This document shows, piece after piece, positions 1 through 15,237 of a stretch of 64,000 bases of DNA. Source of the stretch: Lentisphaerota bacterium (GTDB lineage: Bacteria; Verrucomicrobiota; Kiritimatiellia; UBA8416; VGWI01); NCBI GenBank assembly GCA_016873655.1, contig VGWI01000001.1, forward strand, positions 3,343-67,342. Direction: 5' to 3'. The notes under the pieces are model-generated. The model was not told the origin of the DNA and searched no databases. It was given only the letters and a program-made list of their open reading frames with translations. Numbering within the stretch: position 1 is the first letter of the stretch; every line of letters begins with the position of its first letter. The position numbers and the translations under genes were made by a program.

Positions 1-721
1 CACGAGGTCGGAGCTGGGGTCCATGCGCGCTTGCGGGCTCCGCAATCCGGTGTGCGTCATCCCGAACGGCATTGAGCTGACGGACGGGTTGACGGGCGTC
101 GGCGGCCCGTCCTGGCCGGGTGAATTCACCCGCGGGCGCAAGGTGCTTCTCTACCTGGGGCGGTTGCATCCAAAGAAGAATATCGCGGCTCTTCTCCAGG
201 CATGGAGTATGGCCCGGGCCGAAGTGCCGCGGGATGAGTGGCGGCTGGTGGTGGCCGGATGGGATCAAAGCGGCCACCGCGAAGAGTTGGAGCGGCTTGC
301 CGTCGGCCTCCGCATAGGGGATGAGGTCCATTTCGCCGGGCCGTGTTTCGGCGCCGACAAGGCCGCGGCGCTGGGGGCTGCCGCCGGTTTTGTTCTGCCT
401 TCCCTGAGCGAGGGGTTGCCGATCGCGGTGCTCGAGGCGTGGGCGGCGCGGTTGCCGGTGCTTCATACCGCTTACTGCAATCTTCCGGAAGGCGCGGCCG
501 CCGGCGCGGCGATCGAGACCGGAACATCGGCACCGGAGATAGCGGACGGCCTGCGAAGTCTTTTCGGGATGTCGGACACCGAGCGTGTCGAGATGGGTGC
601 GCGGGGGCGGGTTCTTGTTGAACAGCGTTTCACGTGGGCGCGCGTGGCTGCCGACATGGCACAGGTCTACGACTGGTTGATGGGGAGAGCATCCCGGCCG
701 GCGAGTGTTGAGCTTGAATGA
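1..721 (+). CDS. glycosyltransferase family 1 (GT-B), C-terminal part; 5' end outside window
   Basis: ORF 23..721 is open to the window edge. C-terminal GT1 signature region is present (FVLPSLSEGLPIAVLEAWAARLPVL, E-x7-E type motif). Confidence 0.6.
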   Translation, partial: TRSELGSMRACGLRNPVCVIPNGIELTDGLTGVGGPSWPGEFTRGRKVLLYLGRLHPKKNIAALLQAWSMARAEVPRDEWRLVVAGWDQSGHREELERLAVGLRIGDEVHFAGPCFGADKAAALGAAAGFVLPSLSEGLPIAVLEAWAARLPVLHTAYCNLPEGAAAGAAIETGTSAPEIADGLRSLFGMSDTERVEMGARGRVLVEQRFTWARVAADMAQVYDWLMGRASRPASVELE

Positions 722-830
722 CAAGACCTGGGCCGCGGCGCGTTGACAGTGCCCGAGGCCTGGAAGTAGCATGAGCCCGATGGGCGCGGACCCGCCGCGC
801 CGGTTGCTGCAAGACGGCAGGTGGCTGCAG

Positions 831-1403
831 ATGAGTACTACTCCGGAACCGACGCTCGCGGATCACGACCGCTGGCCTTACTCGTTCTCGGAATACGTTC
901 GCAGGGCCGTGTGGTCCGTTGTGCGGGTAACACTGTGGAAAGTTGCTTTCCGGCGGCTTACTCCGTTGCGGCCGTTGATTCTGCGCGCCTTCGGCGGCCG
1001 TGTCAGTCTGGGATCGCGGATAAGCGGGTCGTGCCGCATAGAGATGCCCTGGCTGCTGACGACCGGAGTGGAGGCGTCTCTCGGTCCGCGGGTCCGGGTG
1101 TACAACCTTGCGATGGTGACTCTCGGGGACAACGCGGTTGTTTCGCAGGATGTGACTCTTTGTGCGGGGACTCATGACCACACCGACCCGAGGTATCCGC
1201 TGCGCAGGAATCCGGTCACGATCGGCCGCTGGGCGTGGATTGCCGCGGAGGCATTCATAGGGCCCGGAGTAACCGTCGGCGACGGCGCCGTTGTCGGGGC
1301 AAGGTCTGTCGTGACGAAGGACGTGCCGCCATGGACGATCGTGGCGGGCAACCCTGCGCGTGAAATCGGCAGGCGCGAACTGCGCGGCGTTGCTCCGCAA
1401 TGA
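831..1403 (+). CDS. hexapeptide-repeat (left-handed beta-helix) O-acetyltransferase, WcaF/colanic-acid acetyltransferase-like
   Basis: Aligns by eye along its length with WcaF-type acetyltransferases (VTLGDNAVVSQDVTLCAGTHDHTD, IGRWAWIAAEAFIGPGVTVGDGAVVGARSVV). Start 831 (MSTTPEP) gives an N-terminus of WcaF-like length; alternative start 771. Confidence 0.7.
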   Translation: MSTTPEPTLADHDRWPYSFSEYVRRAVWSVVRVTLWKVAFRRLTPLRPLILRAFGGRVSLGSRISGSCRIEMPWLLTTGVEASLGPRVRVYNLAMVTLGDNAVVSQDVTLCAGTHDHTDPRYPLRRNPVTIGRWAWIAAEAFIGPGVTVGDGAVVGARSVVTKDVPPWTIVAGNPAREIGRRELRGVAPQ

Positions 1404-2326
1404 TATCGGTCCTGATACTCACGCTTGATGAAGAGGTCAACCTTCCCTCGTGTCTCGAATCGGTCTCCTGGAGCGACGACATTGTCGTGCTCGATTCGCT
1501 AAGCAGGGACCGGACCCGTGAGATAGCCCTGGCGGCCGGCGCGCGGGTTCTCGATCGGCCGTTCGATGACGAGCTCAGTCACCGGACCTACTCGATACGG
1601 AACATAGCCTTCAAGTATCCGTGGGTTTACAACCCCGACGCCGACGAGGTGACCACCCCGGAACTGCGTGACGAGATGCTGCGGGTTGTCTCGGAGCCGG
1701 ACAGGCGCGAAGTTGCGTACCGGATGCGCTTCAAGACCATCTTCATGGGCAGGTGGATCAGGCGCAGCAGCCTGTATCCGACATGGGTGATGCGCCTGTT
1801 CCGTCCGGACAGGATCCGGTTCGAGCGGCGCACGAACCTGCGGTATGTCGCCGACGGGCCCGAGGGTCGACTTGACGGGCATTTTCTGCACTACACGTTT
1901 CGCAAGGGCATGGACGCGTGGATGGAGAAGCACCGCCGGTATGCCGCTGCGGAAGCGCGGGAAGCGGTGGATGTTCTGAAGGGAGGATGGCTCGACTGGC
2001 GCGGGTTGATGTCGCTGAGTGATCCCGTGAAGCACAGGCGTGCCTTGAAGGACCTCGCGTTCAGGCTGCCGTTCAGGCCGGCTTTGCGGTTCCTGTACAT
2101 GTACCTGATGCGAATGGGATTTGCCGACGGTGTGCCCGGGTACAGGTACTGCCGGCTGCTTTCACTATACGAGCGAATGATAGACATTGAAGTGGCGCGG
2201 CTGAGGAAGAGCATGCGCCAGGAAACTCCTGGCGGGGGTCGCGAAGGTGCCGGCGAAGCGGGCGGGAATCGTCGTGCTGGTGTGCTGCCGGTGCTGACGG
2301 TGAAAAAAACTTCGAAAAGTGGTTGA
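1400..2326 (+). CDS. glycosyltransferase family 2 (GT-A)
   Basis: N-terminal GT-A pattern ISVLILTLDEE...DDIVVLDSLSRDRT. ATGA 4-nt overlap with the upstream acetyltransferase indicates translational coupling. Confidence 0.7.
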   Translation: MISVLILTLDEEVNLPSCLESVSWSDDIVVLDSLSRDRTREIALAAGARVLDRPFDDELSHRTYSIRNIAFKYPWVYNPDADEVTTPELRDEMLRVVSEPDRREVAYRMRFKTIFMGRWIRRSSLYPTWVMRLFRPDRIRFERRTNLRYVADGPEGRLDGHFLHYTFRKGMDAWMEKHRRYAAAEAREAVDVLKGGWLDWRGLMSLSDPVKHRRALKDLAFRLPFRPALRFLYMYLMRMGFADGVPGYRYCRLLSLYERMIDIEVARLRKSMRQETPGGGREGAGEAGGNRRAGVLPVLTVKKTSKSG

Positions 2327-2520
2327 CCGGCGGGTCCGCCGTGGTATTCTACCCGCCGCTTGTTTCGGTTCGGCGGCACGGGGTTACCGGTTGCCGGCCG
2401 CTGCGCGACGGCGGCGGAATTGAGGGCGAACATCAGCAGACGACGGGGCAAGGCAGGCGTAGTCTGCCTTTGTGACGTCGGTTCTTTTTGTCGGTTGTTG
2501 TTCGGGGATGCGCGACTGCT

Positions 2521-2596
2521 GCCCACGTAGCTCAGTTGGTAGAGCACATCCTTGGTAAGGATGAGGTCAGCGGTTCAATCCCGCTCGTGGGCTCCA
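2521..2596 (+). tRNA. thrT: tRNA-Thr (anticodon GGU)
   Basis: Cloverleaf with 7-bp acceptor GCCCACG/CGTGGGC, D-arm GCTC-AGTTGGTA-GAGC, anticodon loop TTGGTAA, T-loop TTCAATC and encoded CCA. It lies immediately upstream of tuf, as thrT-tufB does in E. coli. Confidence 0.9.
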
Positions 2597-2657
2597 GGGG
2601 TTGGGGCGCGCGGGCGGAATGGGATACGGAAGGAAAGAGGATACTGGAGGAAGGGTC

Positions 2658-3866
2658 ATGGCTAAGGAAAAGTTTGATCGTACAAAGCCGCATGTAAACG
2701 TTGGCACGATCGGTCATGTTGACCATGGCAAGACGACTCTCACCGCTGCGATCACGCGCGTGCAGTCGCTCCGTGGCCTTGCGAACTATATCTCTTACGA
2801 CGAGGTTGCCAAGGCGTCCGAGGCTCACGGCCGGCGTGACCCGACCAAGATCCTGACGATTGCGACGTCGCACGTCGAATACAGTTCCGAGAAGCGGCAC
2901 TATGCCCACGTGGACTGTCCGGGACATGCGGACTACGTCAAGAACATGATTACCGGCGCGGCGCAGATGGATGGCGCTATTCTCGTGGTGAGCGCCGCCG
3001 ACGGCCCGATGCCGCAGACACGCGAACACATTCTTCTCGCCCGTCAGGTCGGCGTGCCGGCGATCGTGGTCTTCCTGAACAAGGTTGACCTGGTGGACGA
3101 TCCTGAGCTGCTCGACCTCATCGAAATGGAAGTCCGCGAACTACTGTCCAAGTATGAGTATCCGGGCGACGACATCCCGATCATCCGTGGCAGCTCATTG
3201 CCGGCGGCGCAGGCCACCTCGGCCGACGATCCGGCGTGCAAGTGCATCGGTGAGCTGATGGATGCGCTGGACAGCTACATTCCGGAACCGGCCCGTGCGA
3301 TTGATCAGCCGTACCTGATGCCGATCGAAGACGTGTTCTCGATCGAAGGCCGCGGTACGGTGGTGACCGGCCGTGTTGAACGTGGGATCGTGAAGGTCGG
3401 CGAGGAAGTTGAGATCATCGGCCTCAAGCCCACGCAGAAGACGACGGCGACGGGCGTTGAGATGTTCCGCAAGCTCCTTGACCAGGGGCAGGCTGGCGAC
3501 AACATCGGCGTGCTGCTGCGCGGTACGAAGAAGGAAGATGTCGAGCGCGGGCAGGTTCTGGCCAAGCCCGGTTCCATCACTCCGCACACGAAGTTTACGG
3601 CGGAGGTCTACGTGCTGAGCAAGGATGAAGGCGGGCGGCACACACCGTTCTTCAAGGGGTACAGGCCGCAGTTCTACATTCGTACGACAGACGTTACCGG
3701 CGACATCACTCTTCCCGAGGGGGTGGAAATGGTGATGCCGGGCGACAGCATCAGCGTGCAAGTGGCTTTGATCCAGCCGGTTGCCCTTGAGGAGCGCATG
3801 AGGTTCGCCATCCGCGAGGGTGGCCGAACGGTCGGCGCGGGCACGGTGGCGAAGATAATCGAGTAA
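2658..3866 (+). CDS. tuf: elongation factor Tu
   Basis: [35 protein letters not shown] and NKVD motifs. RBS GGAGGAAGGG upstream of ATG 2658. The ORF 2601..3866 is longer only because of an in-frame upstream ATG. Confidence 0.95.
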   Translation: MAKEKFDRTKPHVNVGTIGHVDHGKTTLTAAITRVQSLRGLANYISYDEVAKASEAHGRRDPTKILTIATSHVEYSSEKRHYAHVDCPGHADYVKNMITGAAQMDGAILVVSAADGPMPQTREHILLARQVGVPAIVVFLNKVDLVDDPELLDLIEMEVRELLSKYEYPGDDIPIIRGSSLPAAQATSADDPACKCIGELMDALDSYIPEPARAIDQPYLMPIEDVFSIEGRGTVVTGRVERGIVKVGEEVEIIGLKPTQKTTATGVEMFRKLLDQGQAGDNIGVLLRGTKKEDVERGQVLAKPGSITPHTKFTAEVYVLSKDEGGRHTPFFKGYRPQFYIRTTDVTGDITLPEGVEMVMPGDSISVQVALIQPVALEERMRFAIREGGRTVGAGTVAKIIE

Positions 3867-3872
3867 CCCGGG

Positions 3873-3918
3873 AGGCGGCTTCAAGCCGGTGACGGCGCGG
3901 GGGCCGCCTTCTTTTTTG
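3873..3918 (+). terminator. putative intrinsic terminator downstream of tuf
   Basis: GC-rich compound hairpin (GGCGGC...GCCGgtgaCGGC...GCCGCC) followed by the T-tract TTCTTTTTTG. Confidence 0.5.
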
Positions 3919-3941
3919 TCCGGGAACGGGGGTCGAGCGAC

Positions 3942-4094
3942 ATGCCCAGGGAACTGGTAACTCTCGCGTGCAGCGAGTGCAAGCGGCGGAACTACACGAC
4001 GACGCGGAACAAGAAGACTCAGACGAACCGTCTTGAGATCGTCAAGTTCTGTCCGTCCGAGCGAAAGCGGACGCCGCACAAGGAAGTCCGCTGA
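3942..4094 (+). CDS. rpmG: 50S ribosomal protein L33 (50 aa; below ORF-track cutoff)
   Basis: My translation MPRELVTLACSECKRRNYTTTRNKKTQTNRLEIVKFCPSERKRTPHKEVR has the L33 Cys pairs and the conserved tuf-rpmG-tRNATrp-secE-nusG position. Confidence 0.85.
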   Translation: MPRELVTLACSECKRRNYTTTRNKKTQTNRLEIVKFCPSERKRTPHKEVR

Positions 4095-4107
4095 CGGTTG
4101 CGGGTAC

Positions 4108-4184
4108 AGGCCAGTAGCTCAATTTGGCAGAGCATCGGTCTCCAAAACCGGTGGTTGGGGGTTCGAGTCCCTCCTGGCCTGCCA
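4108..4184 (+). tRNA. trpT: tRNA-Trp (anticodon CCA)
   Basis: Acceptor AGGCCAG/CTGGCCT, D-arm GCTC...GAGC, anticodon loop CTCCAAA, T-loop TTCGAGT, CCA encoded. It sits between rpmG and secE as in many bacteria. Confidence 0.85.
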
Positions 4185-4222
4185 GAATGGCTGGCGGGGC
4201 GGGGTAGAGTCGGGAGCGTTGC

Positions 4223-4432
4223 ATGGGCTCAGTGCGTGAAATGATAGCAGGCGCGAGGAACTTCGTTGGCGAAGTGGTTGCCGAGGGCCGGAAGTCGGTC
4301 TGGCCGGAGCGTCAGGAGCTCATCGAATCGACCCTGGTGGTGATTGTTTCGGTGGTTATGTTGAGTGTGTTTGTTGGCGTCAGCGACAAGTTGCTAGTGT
4401 CGCTGCTGGGCTGGTTGATACCTGCTGGTTGA
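4223..4432 (+). CDS. secE: preprotein translocase subunit SecE
   Basis: 69 aa with a single C-terminal TM helix (LVVIVSVVMLSVFVGVSDKLL) and conserved N-terminal VxExRKVxWP motif. Position is between tRNA-Trp and nusG. Confidence 0.85.
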   Translation: MGSVREMIAGARNFVGEVVAEGRKSVWPERQELIESTLVVIVSVVMLSVFVGVSDKLLVSLLGWLIPAG

Positions 4433-4989
4433 GGGAAGAGATGCAGAAAGAGTGGTTCGTTGTCCAGACTCTGACCGGTCAGGAGATGAAGGTGCGCGAA
4501 GGCCTTCTGCGCTGCATCAAGATGCAGGAGATGGAGGACTACATTGACGAGGTCGTAGTCCCCACCGAGAAAGTGACTGAGGTCAAGCGCGGCGTGAAGA
4601 CCACGCAGACCCGCAAGTTCTTTCCGGGGTACGTTCTGGTGCACGTTGCTCTTTACGACGATGAGCGCCAGATGGTTGAGAAGACCTGGACTTACGTTCG
4701 CGAGACGCCGGGCGTCATCGGTTTTGTCGGTGGGGAGAAGCCGGCGCCGCTGTTCCCGGACGAGGTGGACCGAGTTCTTAACCAGACGGACGAGAAGAAG
4801 GCCAAGGCTCGTCCCAAGGTGGAATTTGAGGCTGGCGAGACGCTGAAGATCATAGACGGGCCTTTTCTCAATTTCAGCGGTGTTGTTGAAGAAGTGGATC
4901 CGGAACGCGGCAAGCTGAAGGTTTCGGTCGCGATATTCGGTCGTTCGGCGCCAGTCGAACTTGAATACTGGCAAGTGGAGCGGGTGTAG
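4429..4989 (+). CDS. nusG: transcription termination/antitermination factor NusG
   Basis: NGN domain ([16 protein letters not shown]) and C-terminal KOW ([22 protein letters not shown]). Alternative start 4441. Confidence 0.9.
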   Translation: MREEMQKEWFVVQTLTGQEMKVREGLLRCIKMQEMEDYIDEVVVPTEKVTEVKRGVKTTQTRKFFPGYVLVHVALYDDERQMVEKTWTYVRETPGVIGFVGGEKPAPLFPDEVDRVLNQTDEKKAKARPKVEFEAGETLKIIDGPFLNFSGVVEEVDPERGKLKVSVAIFGRSAPVELEYWQVERV

Positions 4990-4991
4990 GC

Positions 4992-5417
4992 ATGGCAAAG
5001 AAGATAACCGGCAAGATAAAGTTGCAGATACCTGCGGGCCAGGCGAATCCGGCTCCGCCGGTTGGACCGGCTCTGGGTCAGCACGGCGTGAACATCATGG
5101 AGTTCTGCAAGACGTTCAACGCTGCGACTCAGGACCAGGCCGGGCTTGTGATTCCGGTGATAATAACGGTCTACCAGGACCGTTCTTTCACTTTCATCAC
5201 GAAGAGCCCGCCTGCTTCGAACCTGTTGAAGAGGGCTGCTGGCCTGGCCAAGGGCTCGGCCGTTCCGAACCGTGACAAGGTCGGGAAGGTGACGAAGCAG
5301 CAGGTAAAGGAGATATACCGCATCAAGGCACAGGATCTCAATGCGCACGACGAGGCGCAGGGGATGCGGATAGTCGAGGGAACTGCCCGGAGCATGGGCA
5401 TTGACGTTGTGGATTGA
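4992..5417 (+). CDS. rplK: 50S ribosomal protein L11
   Basis: [44 protein letters not shown] is a canonical L11 N-terminus. Confidence 0.95.
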   Translation: MAKKITGKIKLQIPAGQANPAPPVGPALGQHGVNIMEFCKTFNAATQDQAGLVIPVIITVYQDRSFTFITKSPPASNLLKRAAGLAKGSAVPNRDKVGKVTKQQVKEIYRIKAQDLNAHDEAQGMRIVEGTARSMGIDVVD

Positions 5418-5459
5418 GTCTGGGCGCCGGCGTGACGGCGCGGAGTCAGGTGGGTATCC

Positions 5460-6143
5460 ATGGCAACGCACGGAAAAAGGTACCGTAAGATCAGGGAACA
5501 GGCGCCCGCGGGCGTGCTTGAGCTGGCGGACGCTGTAGCGTTCGTGAAGCGGAATGCGACCGCCAAGTTTGACGAGACCGTTGAGCTCGGGCTGCGGCTG
5601 GGGCTTGACACTACGAAGTCCGACAACGTGGTCAGGGGCACGGTGTCGCTGCCGCACGGAACTGGGCGCAAGGTCAGGGTGCTTGTATTCGCTTCCGGGC
5701 CGCAGGCTGAAGAGGCGAAGAAGGCGGGTGCCGACACTGTCGGCGGCGACGAACTGATAGAGAAAGTTCGCGGCGGATGGACGGAGTTTGACGTGGCGAT
5801 TGCCACGCCTGAGGCCATGCAGGAGGTTCGGAAGCTCGGGCGTGTTCTCGGGCCGCGCGGTCTCATGCCCAACCCGAAGACCGGAACGGTGACTGACGAT
5901 GTTGCCTCCGCGGTCAGGGCCAGCAAGGCTGGGCGCGTGGAATTCAGGATGGACAAGAACGGGAACGTGAACGTTCCCTGCGGTAAGTGTTCTTTTGAGC
6001 CGGCGAGCATTGCCGAGAATGTGAACATGGTGGTGGCGGCCGTGCTGGCCGAGAAACCGGCCGGCGCAAAGGGGCAGTATATCAAGGCTGCGACGCTCAG
6101 TTCGACGATGGGGGTTGGCGTCGGGCTGGCGGTTCGCGAGTAG
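5460..6143 (+). CDS. rplA: 50S ribosomal protein L1
   Basis: L1 family similarity throughout; follows rplK. Confidence 0.95.
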   Translation: MATHGKRYRKIREQAPAGVLELADAVAFVKRNATAKFDETVELGLRLGLDTTKSDNVVRGTVSLPHGTGRKVRVLVFASGPQAEEAKKAGADTVGGDELIEKVRGGWTEFDVAIATPEAMQEVRKLGRVLGPRGLMPNPKTGTVTDDVASAVRASKAGRVEFRMDKNGNVNVPCGKCSFEPASIAENVNMVVAAVLAEKPAGAKGQYIKAATLSSTMGVGVGLAVRE

Positions 6144-6162
6144 GAGGAGGGGTCCTGCGACT

Positions 6163-6687
6163 ATGAGACCCGAACGGGAATCAATTTTTGCCGAGGTGCG
6201 CAGCCGGATTGATGGCAGCGCGTTTGCGTTTCTTGTCGACTACCACGGGTTGACCGTGGAGCAGATGACCGAGCTGCGAGGGCAGCTTAAGCATGTCGGG
6301 TCGCGCATGTTCATAGCGAAGAACACGCTGACCAGGCTGGTTATGAAGGATCTCGGGTGGATGTTGCCCGAGGCCTCGGTGTGCGGCCCTTCCGCGGTGG
6401 TGTGCGGGGCAGGCGATCCGACCGAGACGGCGAAGGTTCTTCGCGCTTACCACAAGGAGCGCCAGAAACCGACGGTGAAGCAGGGCTGGCTTGAAAAGAA
6501 GCCGGTGACGGCGGCGGACGTTGCCGCCCTTGCGGATCTGCCCGGCAGGCAGGCAATGCTCGGGATTGTGGTGGGCACGATTGCCGCGCCGATGACGCGG
6601 CTTGTCGGTGTGCTCTCGCAGAAGGCCGCGAGCGTCGTATACGTCTTGAAGGCCATTGAGGACAAGAAACGGAATCAGCAGCAGTAA
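6163..6687 (+). CDS. rplJ: 50S ribosomal protein L10
   Basis: L10 family. ATG 6163 is preceded by AGGAGGAGGGG. The upstream in-frame extension from 6115 overlaps the rplA 3' end. Confidence 0.9.
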   Translation: MRPERESIFAEVRSRIDGSAFAFLVDYHGLTVEQMTELRGQLKHVGSRMFIAKNTLTRLVMKDLGWMLPEASVCGPSAVVCGAGDPTETAKVLRAYHKERQKPTVKQGWLEKKPVTAADVAALADLPGRQAMLGIVVGTIAAPMTRLVGVLSQKAASVVYVLKAIEDKKRNQQQ

Positions 6688-6705
6688 GGAACAGGAGAGG
6701 TAGCA

Positions 6706-7125
6706 ATGTCTGAGGAAAAAGGAACTGTGGTCGAAGGTGGGGCGGCTGTCGAAGGCAAGATGGCCGAGTTCATCAGCTGGATCGAGGGAATCAGCGTTCT
6801 CGAGCTGTCCAAGCTCGTGAAGGCGCTTGAAGACCGTCTTGGCGTGAGCGCGGCGGCGCCTGTGGCCGTGGCGGCCGGGCCTGCGGCGGGCGGCGAGGCG
6901 AAGGTCGAGGAGAAGACCGAGTTCACGGTCGTTCTGGCCAGCGCCGGCGCACAGAAGATAGCTGTGATCAAGGAGATCCGCGCGATTACCGGACTGGGTC
7001 TGAAGGACTCGAAGGACCTGGTCGAAGGCGCGCCGAAGACCGTGAAGGAAGGCGTATCGAAGGCCGATGCCGAAGAGATGAAGAAGAAGCTCGAGGCAGC
7101 CGGCGCGACCGTCGAGATCAAGTAG
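6706..7125 (+). CDS. rplL: 50S ribosomal protein L7/L12
   Basis: Ala-rich hinge and conserved C-terminal domain ([56 protein letters not shown]). Confidence 0.95.
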   Translation: MSEEKGTVVEGGAAVEGKMAEFISWIEGISVLELSKLVKALEDRLGVSAAAPVAVAAGPAAGGEAKVEEKTEFTVVLASAGAQKIAVIKEIRAITGLGLKDSKDLVEGAPKTVKEGVSKADAEEMKKKLEAAGATVEIK

Positions 7126-7209
7126 GGTGTTTCATCGTTCCTGCGGCGCCCGATGCGGGAAGCGTACGGGCGGAGAGGTGCCGTTTGACCGGTCCGTTGA
7201 GCGAGGTGT

Positions 7210-10200
7210 TTGATGCTTGAGAGAACGAACTTCGGGAAGCTCGCAGCCGTCATTTCGCCTCCTGACCTGATAGAGATACAGACGAAGTCGTACAGGGACT
7301 TCCTGCAGATCGAAGTCAGTCCGTCGAAGCGTCTCTGCCAGGGTTTGGAGGGGATATTCCGTGAGGTGTTCCCTATAGAGAGCTACGACGGCCGCTACGT
7401 CCTTGACTATGTCAGGTACGAGCTTTCCGAGCCGAAGCTGTCGCCTCTGGAGGCGCTGCGGGAAGGGGAAACCCACGCGGCTCCGCTCCATGCGGCGTTC
7501 CGCTTGAAGGACGGGGAGGAAGTGCGGGAGGAGTCCGTTTACATGGGGGAGATCCCCCTGATGACGGAACATGGCTCGTTCGTGATAAACGGCGCAGAGC
7601 GTGTGGTGGTGAGCCAGCTGCACAGGTCGCCGGGCATCTGCTCCGAGCAGACGCAGCATCCGAACGGAACCATGCTTTACTCCGTCAGGATCATTCCCGA
7701 CCGCGGCTCGTGGATAGAGATACAGTTCGACACATCCGACCACATCTGGGTGTACATGGACAGGCGCCGCCGCCGCCGCAAGTTCCTTGCGACGACGTTC
7801 CTGCGCGCTCTCGGTTGCGGTACGGACGAGGAGCTGTTGGACCTTGTCTACAAGTTCGAGACGATAGATCTCTCGAAGCCGACCGGCCCGGTTGAGTTCC
7901 GCGTGTTCCGCGAGGACGTCGTTGACATCGACTCCAAGACGGTTCTTGCGCGCAGGTACGACGAGGCCACCGAGGTCATCCTGCGGCAGATGCGGGATGC
8001 GGGGTTCAAGACGGCTGAAGTCGTGGACGTGAGCTGGGATGAAGGCGTATTTCTCAAGAGCGTGAAGTCTGACCCGACCCGCTCCTCTGACGATGCGCTG
8101 AAGGATATCTATCACCGCATGCGTCCGGGGGATCCGGCGACGCCATCGAACGCCAGGCAGCTCCTGAGGCGGTTGTTCTTTGATCCCCGGCGGTATGACC
8201 TTGGCAGGGTGGGCCGGCACAAGATCAACCAGAAGCTCGGGCTCAGCGGAAAGGTTGACGCGGACCTGCGCGTTCTCGACAAGATGGACATCATTGAAGG
8301 GGTCCGGCATCTCCTGAAGATCCGTCGCGGCGAGGAAACGGTTGACGATATCGACCACCTTGGCAACAGGCGTGTGCGGACTGTGGGCGAACTGATAGAG
8401 AACCAGTGCAGGCTTGGTCTTGCGCGCACCGAGCGCCTCATCCGCGAGCGGATGACGCTGTTTGATCCGACGACCGGCGCACTGACCCCTCAACGGCTTG
8501 TGAACTCGAAGTCGCTTTCGGCGATCGTGCAGGACTTCTTTGGCCGCAGCCAGTTGAGCCAGTTCATGGACCAGACAAACCCACTTTCGGAGCTTGCTCA
8601 CAGGCGTCGTCTCAGTGCGCTTGGTCCGGGCGGGCTGAGCAGGGAGCGCGCCGGGTTTGAAGTCCGCGACGTTCACAGCAGCCATTACGGCCGCATCTGT
8701 CCGATCGAGACGCCGGAAGGCCCGAACATCGGCCTCATATCGTCCCTGAGCATCTATGCCAAGGTGAACGACTTCGGCTTCATCGAGAGTCCGTACAGGA
8801 AGGTGAGCAACGGGCGGGTGACGGATCACGTGGACTTCCTTTCTGCCGACCAGGAAGAGAAGTTTGTGATTGCCCAGGCGAATTCGCTTGTTGACTCGCA
8901 CGGGCGTTTCGAGCGCGAGACGGTATCGGTCAGGTACATGGGCGAATTCCTCGAAGTTCCGAGGGAGAAAGTCCAGTACATGGATGTTTCCCCGATGCAG
9001 GTGGTCAGTATCGCCACTGGCATGATTCCGTTCCTTGAGCACGACGACGCCAACCGTGCGCTCATGGGAGCGAACATGATGAGGCAGGCAGTGCCGCTGC
9101 TGGACACGGAGCGGCCGCTTGTTGCGACTGGCCTCGAAGAGCGCGTGGCCTCGGATTCACGGGTGGTGATCAGGGCTCGGAAGCCTGGCAAGGTAGCCTA
9201 TGTTTCCGCCGACAAGATCGTCCTCACGGAGGACGGGGCGATGCCGGGGAAGGGATCCATCGGCGATGAGTATTCGCTGCAGAAGTTCCGCAGGTCGAAC
9301 ACGGGGACGTGTTTCAACCAGAAGCCGGTAGTGCAGCGTGGGCAGAAGTTGCGCAAGGGTGATCTGCTTGCCGACGGTCCTGCGACGAAGGACGGGGAAC
9401 TGGCGCTCGGGCGGAACCTGCTGGTCGCGTTCATGCCCTGGTCCGGTTACAACTTCGAGGATGCCATTCTGGTCAACGAACGCATTGTCATGGACGACGT
9501 GTTCACGTCGGTCCACATCCAGGAGTTCGAGGTCAGCGCTCGCGATACGAAACTGGGCCCTGAAGAGATCACTCGGGACATCCCGAACGTGGGCGAGGAA
9601 GCGTTGAAGGATCTTGGTTCTGACGGCGTGGTTCGTGTCGGCGCGGAAGTGAAGCCCGGCGACATACTCGTCGGCAAAATCACGCCGAAAAGCGAGACCG
9701 AGCTGGCGCCTGAAGAGCGGCTGCTTCGCGCCATATTCGGCGAAAAGGCGGCCGAAGTGCGGGATTCGTCGCTGACGGTTCCGAGTGGTGTCTACGGCAC
9801 GGTGATGTCCGTGAAGGTGACCTCTCACAAGGAAGTCAAGAAGCCTGATGCCGGCGGGGACCGCAAGCGGCAGGTGAAAGGCATCCACGAGGACTTCAAG
9901 AGCCGCAAGCAGAAGAACACTGAAGAACTGACGGACGCGCTCAGCAACATACTGCTGGGCGAGAAGATCCCGCTGGACGTGGTGAACGCTGATTCCGGCG
10001 AGGTGATAATACCGTCAAACCGGAAGATAACGAAGACGTTGTTGAGGAAACTCGCGGCTTCGTACGAGCATGTGCAGATCGAAGACAGCCCGATCCAGAT
10101 CAAGATCGACGAGATAATCGGCGAGTACAGGCCGAAGTTCGCCGAGCTGGACGACGAGTACGAGCGGGCTCTGGACAGGGCCGAAAGCGGGGACGAGGTT

Positions 10201-10959
10201 GACGCCGGAATCGTCAAGCAGGTGAAGGTTTACATCTCCGCCAAGAAGAAGCTGGCGATCGGAGACAAGCTGGCGGGGCGCCACGGCAACAAAGGCGTGG
10301 TGGCGCGTATAGTGCCATCCTGCGACATGCCGTTCCTGCCGGACGGGACCCCGGTGGACATAGTGCTCAACCCGCTTGGCGTGCCTTCGCGCATGAACCT
10401 TGGTCAGGTGTTCGAGACGCACCTCGGGATAGCGTGCAAGAAGCTGGGTATTCTTGCCTCTTCGCCCATATTCGACGGCATTTCCGAGAAGGCAATAGAG
10501 GACTTGCTTGTGAAGGCCGGCATGCCGCAGGACGGCAAGACCGTGCTTTACGACGGGCGCACGGGAGAGCCGTTCGACCAGCGGGTTGTGGTGGGCGAGA
10601 TCTACATAATGAAGCTCCACCATCTGGTGAGCGACAAGATTCACGCGCGGGCGGTCGGACCCTATTCGCTGGTGACGCAGCAGCCGTTGGGAGGAAAGGC
10701 CCAGTACGGTGGTCAGCGGCTCGGGGAAATGGAAGTGTGGGCGCTTGAAGCGTACGGCGTTGCCTACGCGCTGCAGGAACTGCTCACGGTTAAGAGTGAT
10801 GATGTTCGCGGCAGGACGCGGATATACGAGTCCATCGTGAAGGGCGAGAACAGCCTGGATGCCGGAATGCCGGAGTCTTTCAGCGTGCTGATCAACGAGC
10901 TCCGCGGCCTGTGCCTCAATGTGGCTCTCGGCGGCGGGCAGAGGAAGTCGGTTATCTGA
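7210..10959 (+). CDS. rpoB: DNA-directed RNA polymerase subunit beta
   Basis: 1249 aa with conserved beta segments ([40 protein letters not shown]). Confidence 0.95.
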   Translation: MMLERTNFGKLAAVISPPDLIEIQTKSYRDFLQIEVSPSKRLCQGLEGIFREVFPIESYDGRYVLDYVRYELSEPKLSPLEALREGETHAAPLHAAFRLKDGEEVREESVYMGEIPLMTEHGSFVINGAERVVVSQLHRSPGICSEQTQHPNGTMLYSVRIIPDRGSWIEIQFDTSDHIWVYMDRRRRRRKFLATTFLRALGCGTDEELLDLVYKFETIDLSKPTGPVEFRVFREDVVDIDSKTVLARRYDEATEVILRQMRDAGFKTAEVVDVSWDEGVFLKSVKSDPTRSSDDALKDIYHRMRPGDPATPSNARQLLRRLFFDPRRYDLGRVGRHKINQKLGLSGKVDADLRVLDKMDIIEGVRHLLKIRRGEETVDDIDHLGNRRVRTVGELIENQCRLGLARTERLIRERMTLFDPTTGALTPQRLVNSKSLSAIVQDFFGRSQLSQFMDQTNPLSELAHRRRLSALGPGGLSRERAGFEVRDVHSSHYGRICPIETPEGPNIGLISSLSIYAKVNDFGFIESPYRKVSNGRVTDHVDFLSADQEEKFVIAQANSLVDSHGRFERETVSVRYMGEFLEVPREKVQYMDVSPMQVVSIATGMIPFLEHDDANRALMGANMMRQAVPLLDTERPLVATGLEERVASDSRVVIRARKPGKVAYVSADKIVLTEDGAMPGKGSIGDEYSLQKFRRSNTGTCFNQKPVVQRGQKLRKGDLLADGPATKDGELALGRNLLVAFMPWSGYNFEDAILVNERIVMDDVFTSVHIQEFEVSARDTKLGPEEITRDIPNVGEEALKDLGSDGVVRVGAEVKPGDILVGKITPKSETELAPEERLLRAIFGEKAAEVRDSSLTVPSGVYGTVMSVKVTSHKEVKKPDAGGDRKRQVKGIHEDFKSRKQKNTEELTDALSNILLGEKIPLDVVNADSGEVIIPSNRKITKTLLRKLAASYEHVQIEDSPIQIKIDEIIGEYRPKFAELDDEYERALDRAESGDEVDAGIVKQVKVYISAKKKLAIGDKLAGRHGNKGVVARIVPSCDMPFLPDGTPVDIVLNPLGVPSRMNLGQVFETHLGIACKKLGILASSPIFDGISEKAIEDLLVKAGMPQDGKTVLYDGRTGEPFDQRVVVGEIYIMKLHHLVSDKIHARAVGPYSLVTQQPLGGKAQYGGQRLGEMEVWALEAYGVAYALQELLTVKSDDVRGRTRIYESIVKGENSLDAGMPESFSVLINELRGLCLNVALGGGQRKSVI

Positions 10960-11014
10960 CGGCCGGAGCGTGTCCTTGGAGGGGTGTGATTTGAACCCAT
11001 ACGCAGCCAGAGAG

Positions 11015-15154
<4,140 letters not shown>

Positions 15155-15237
15155 TGTTGATTGCCGCATGTCGGTTCTGGTAGGATCAAAAACTTTTTTG
15201 CGGCAGAACACAAAAGCGACGAAAGGGGCCGCGGGCA

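Noticed and set aside
4692-6085. Two minus-strand ORFs of 321 and 304 aa
   Set aside because: Antisense to nusG, rplK and rplA.
7132-9042. 636-aa ORF on the minus strand
   Set aside because: Entirely antisense to rpoB. It has an Arg/Pro/Leu-rich composition typical of the opposite strand of high-GC coding DNA and no homology.
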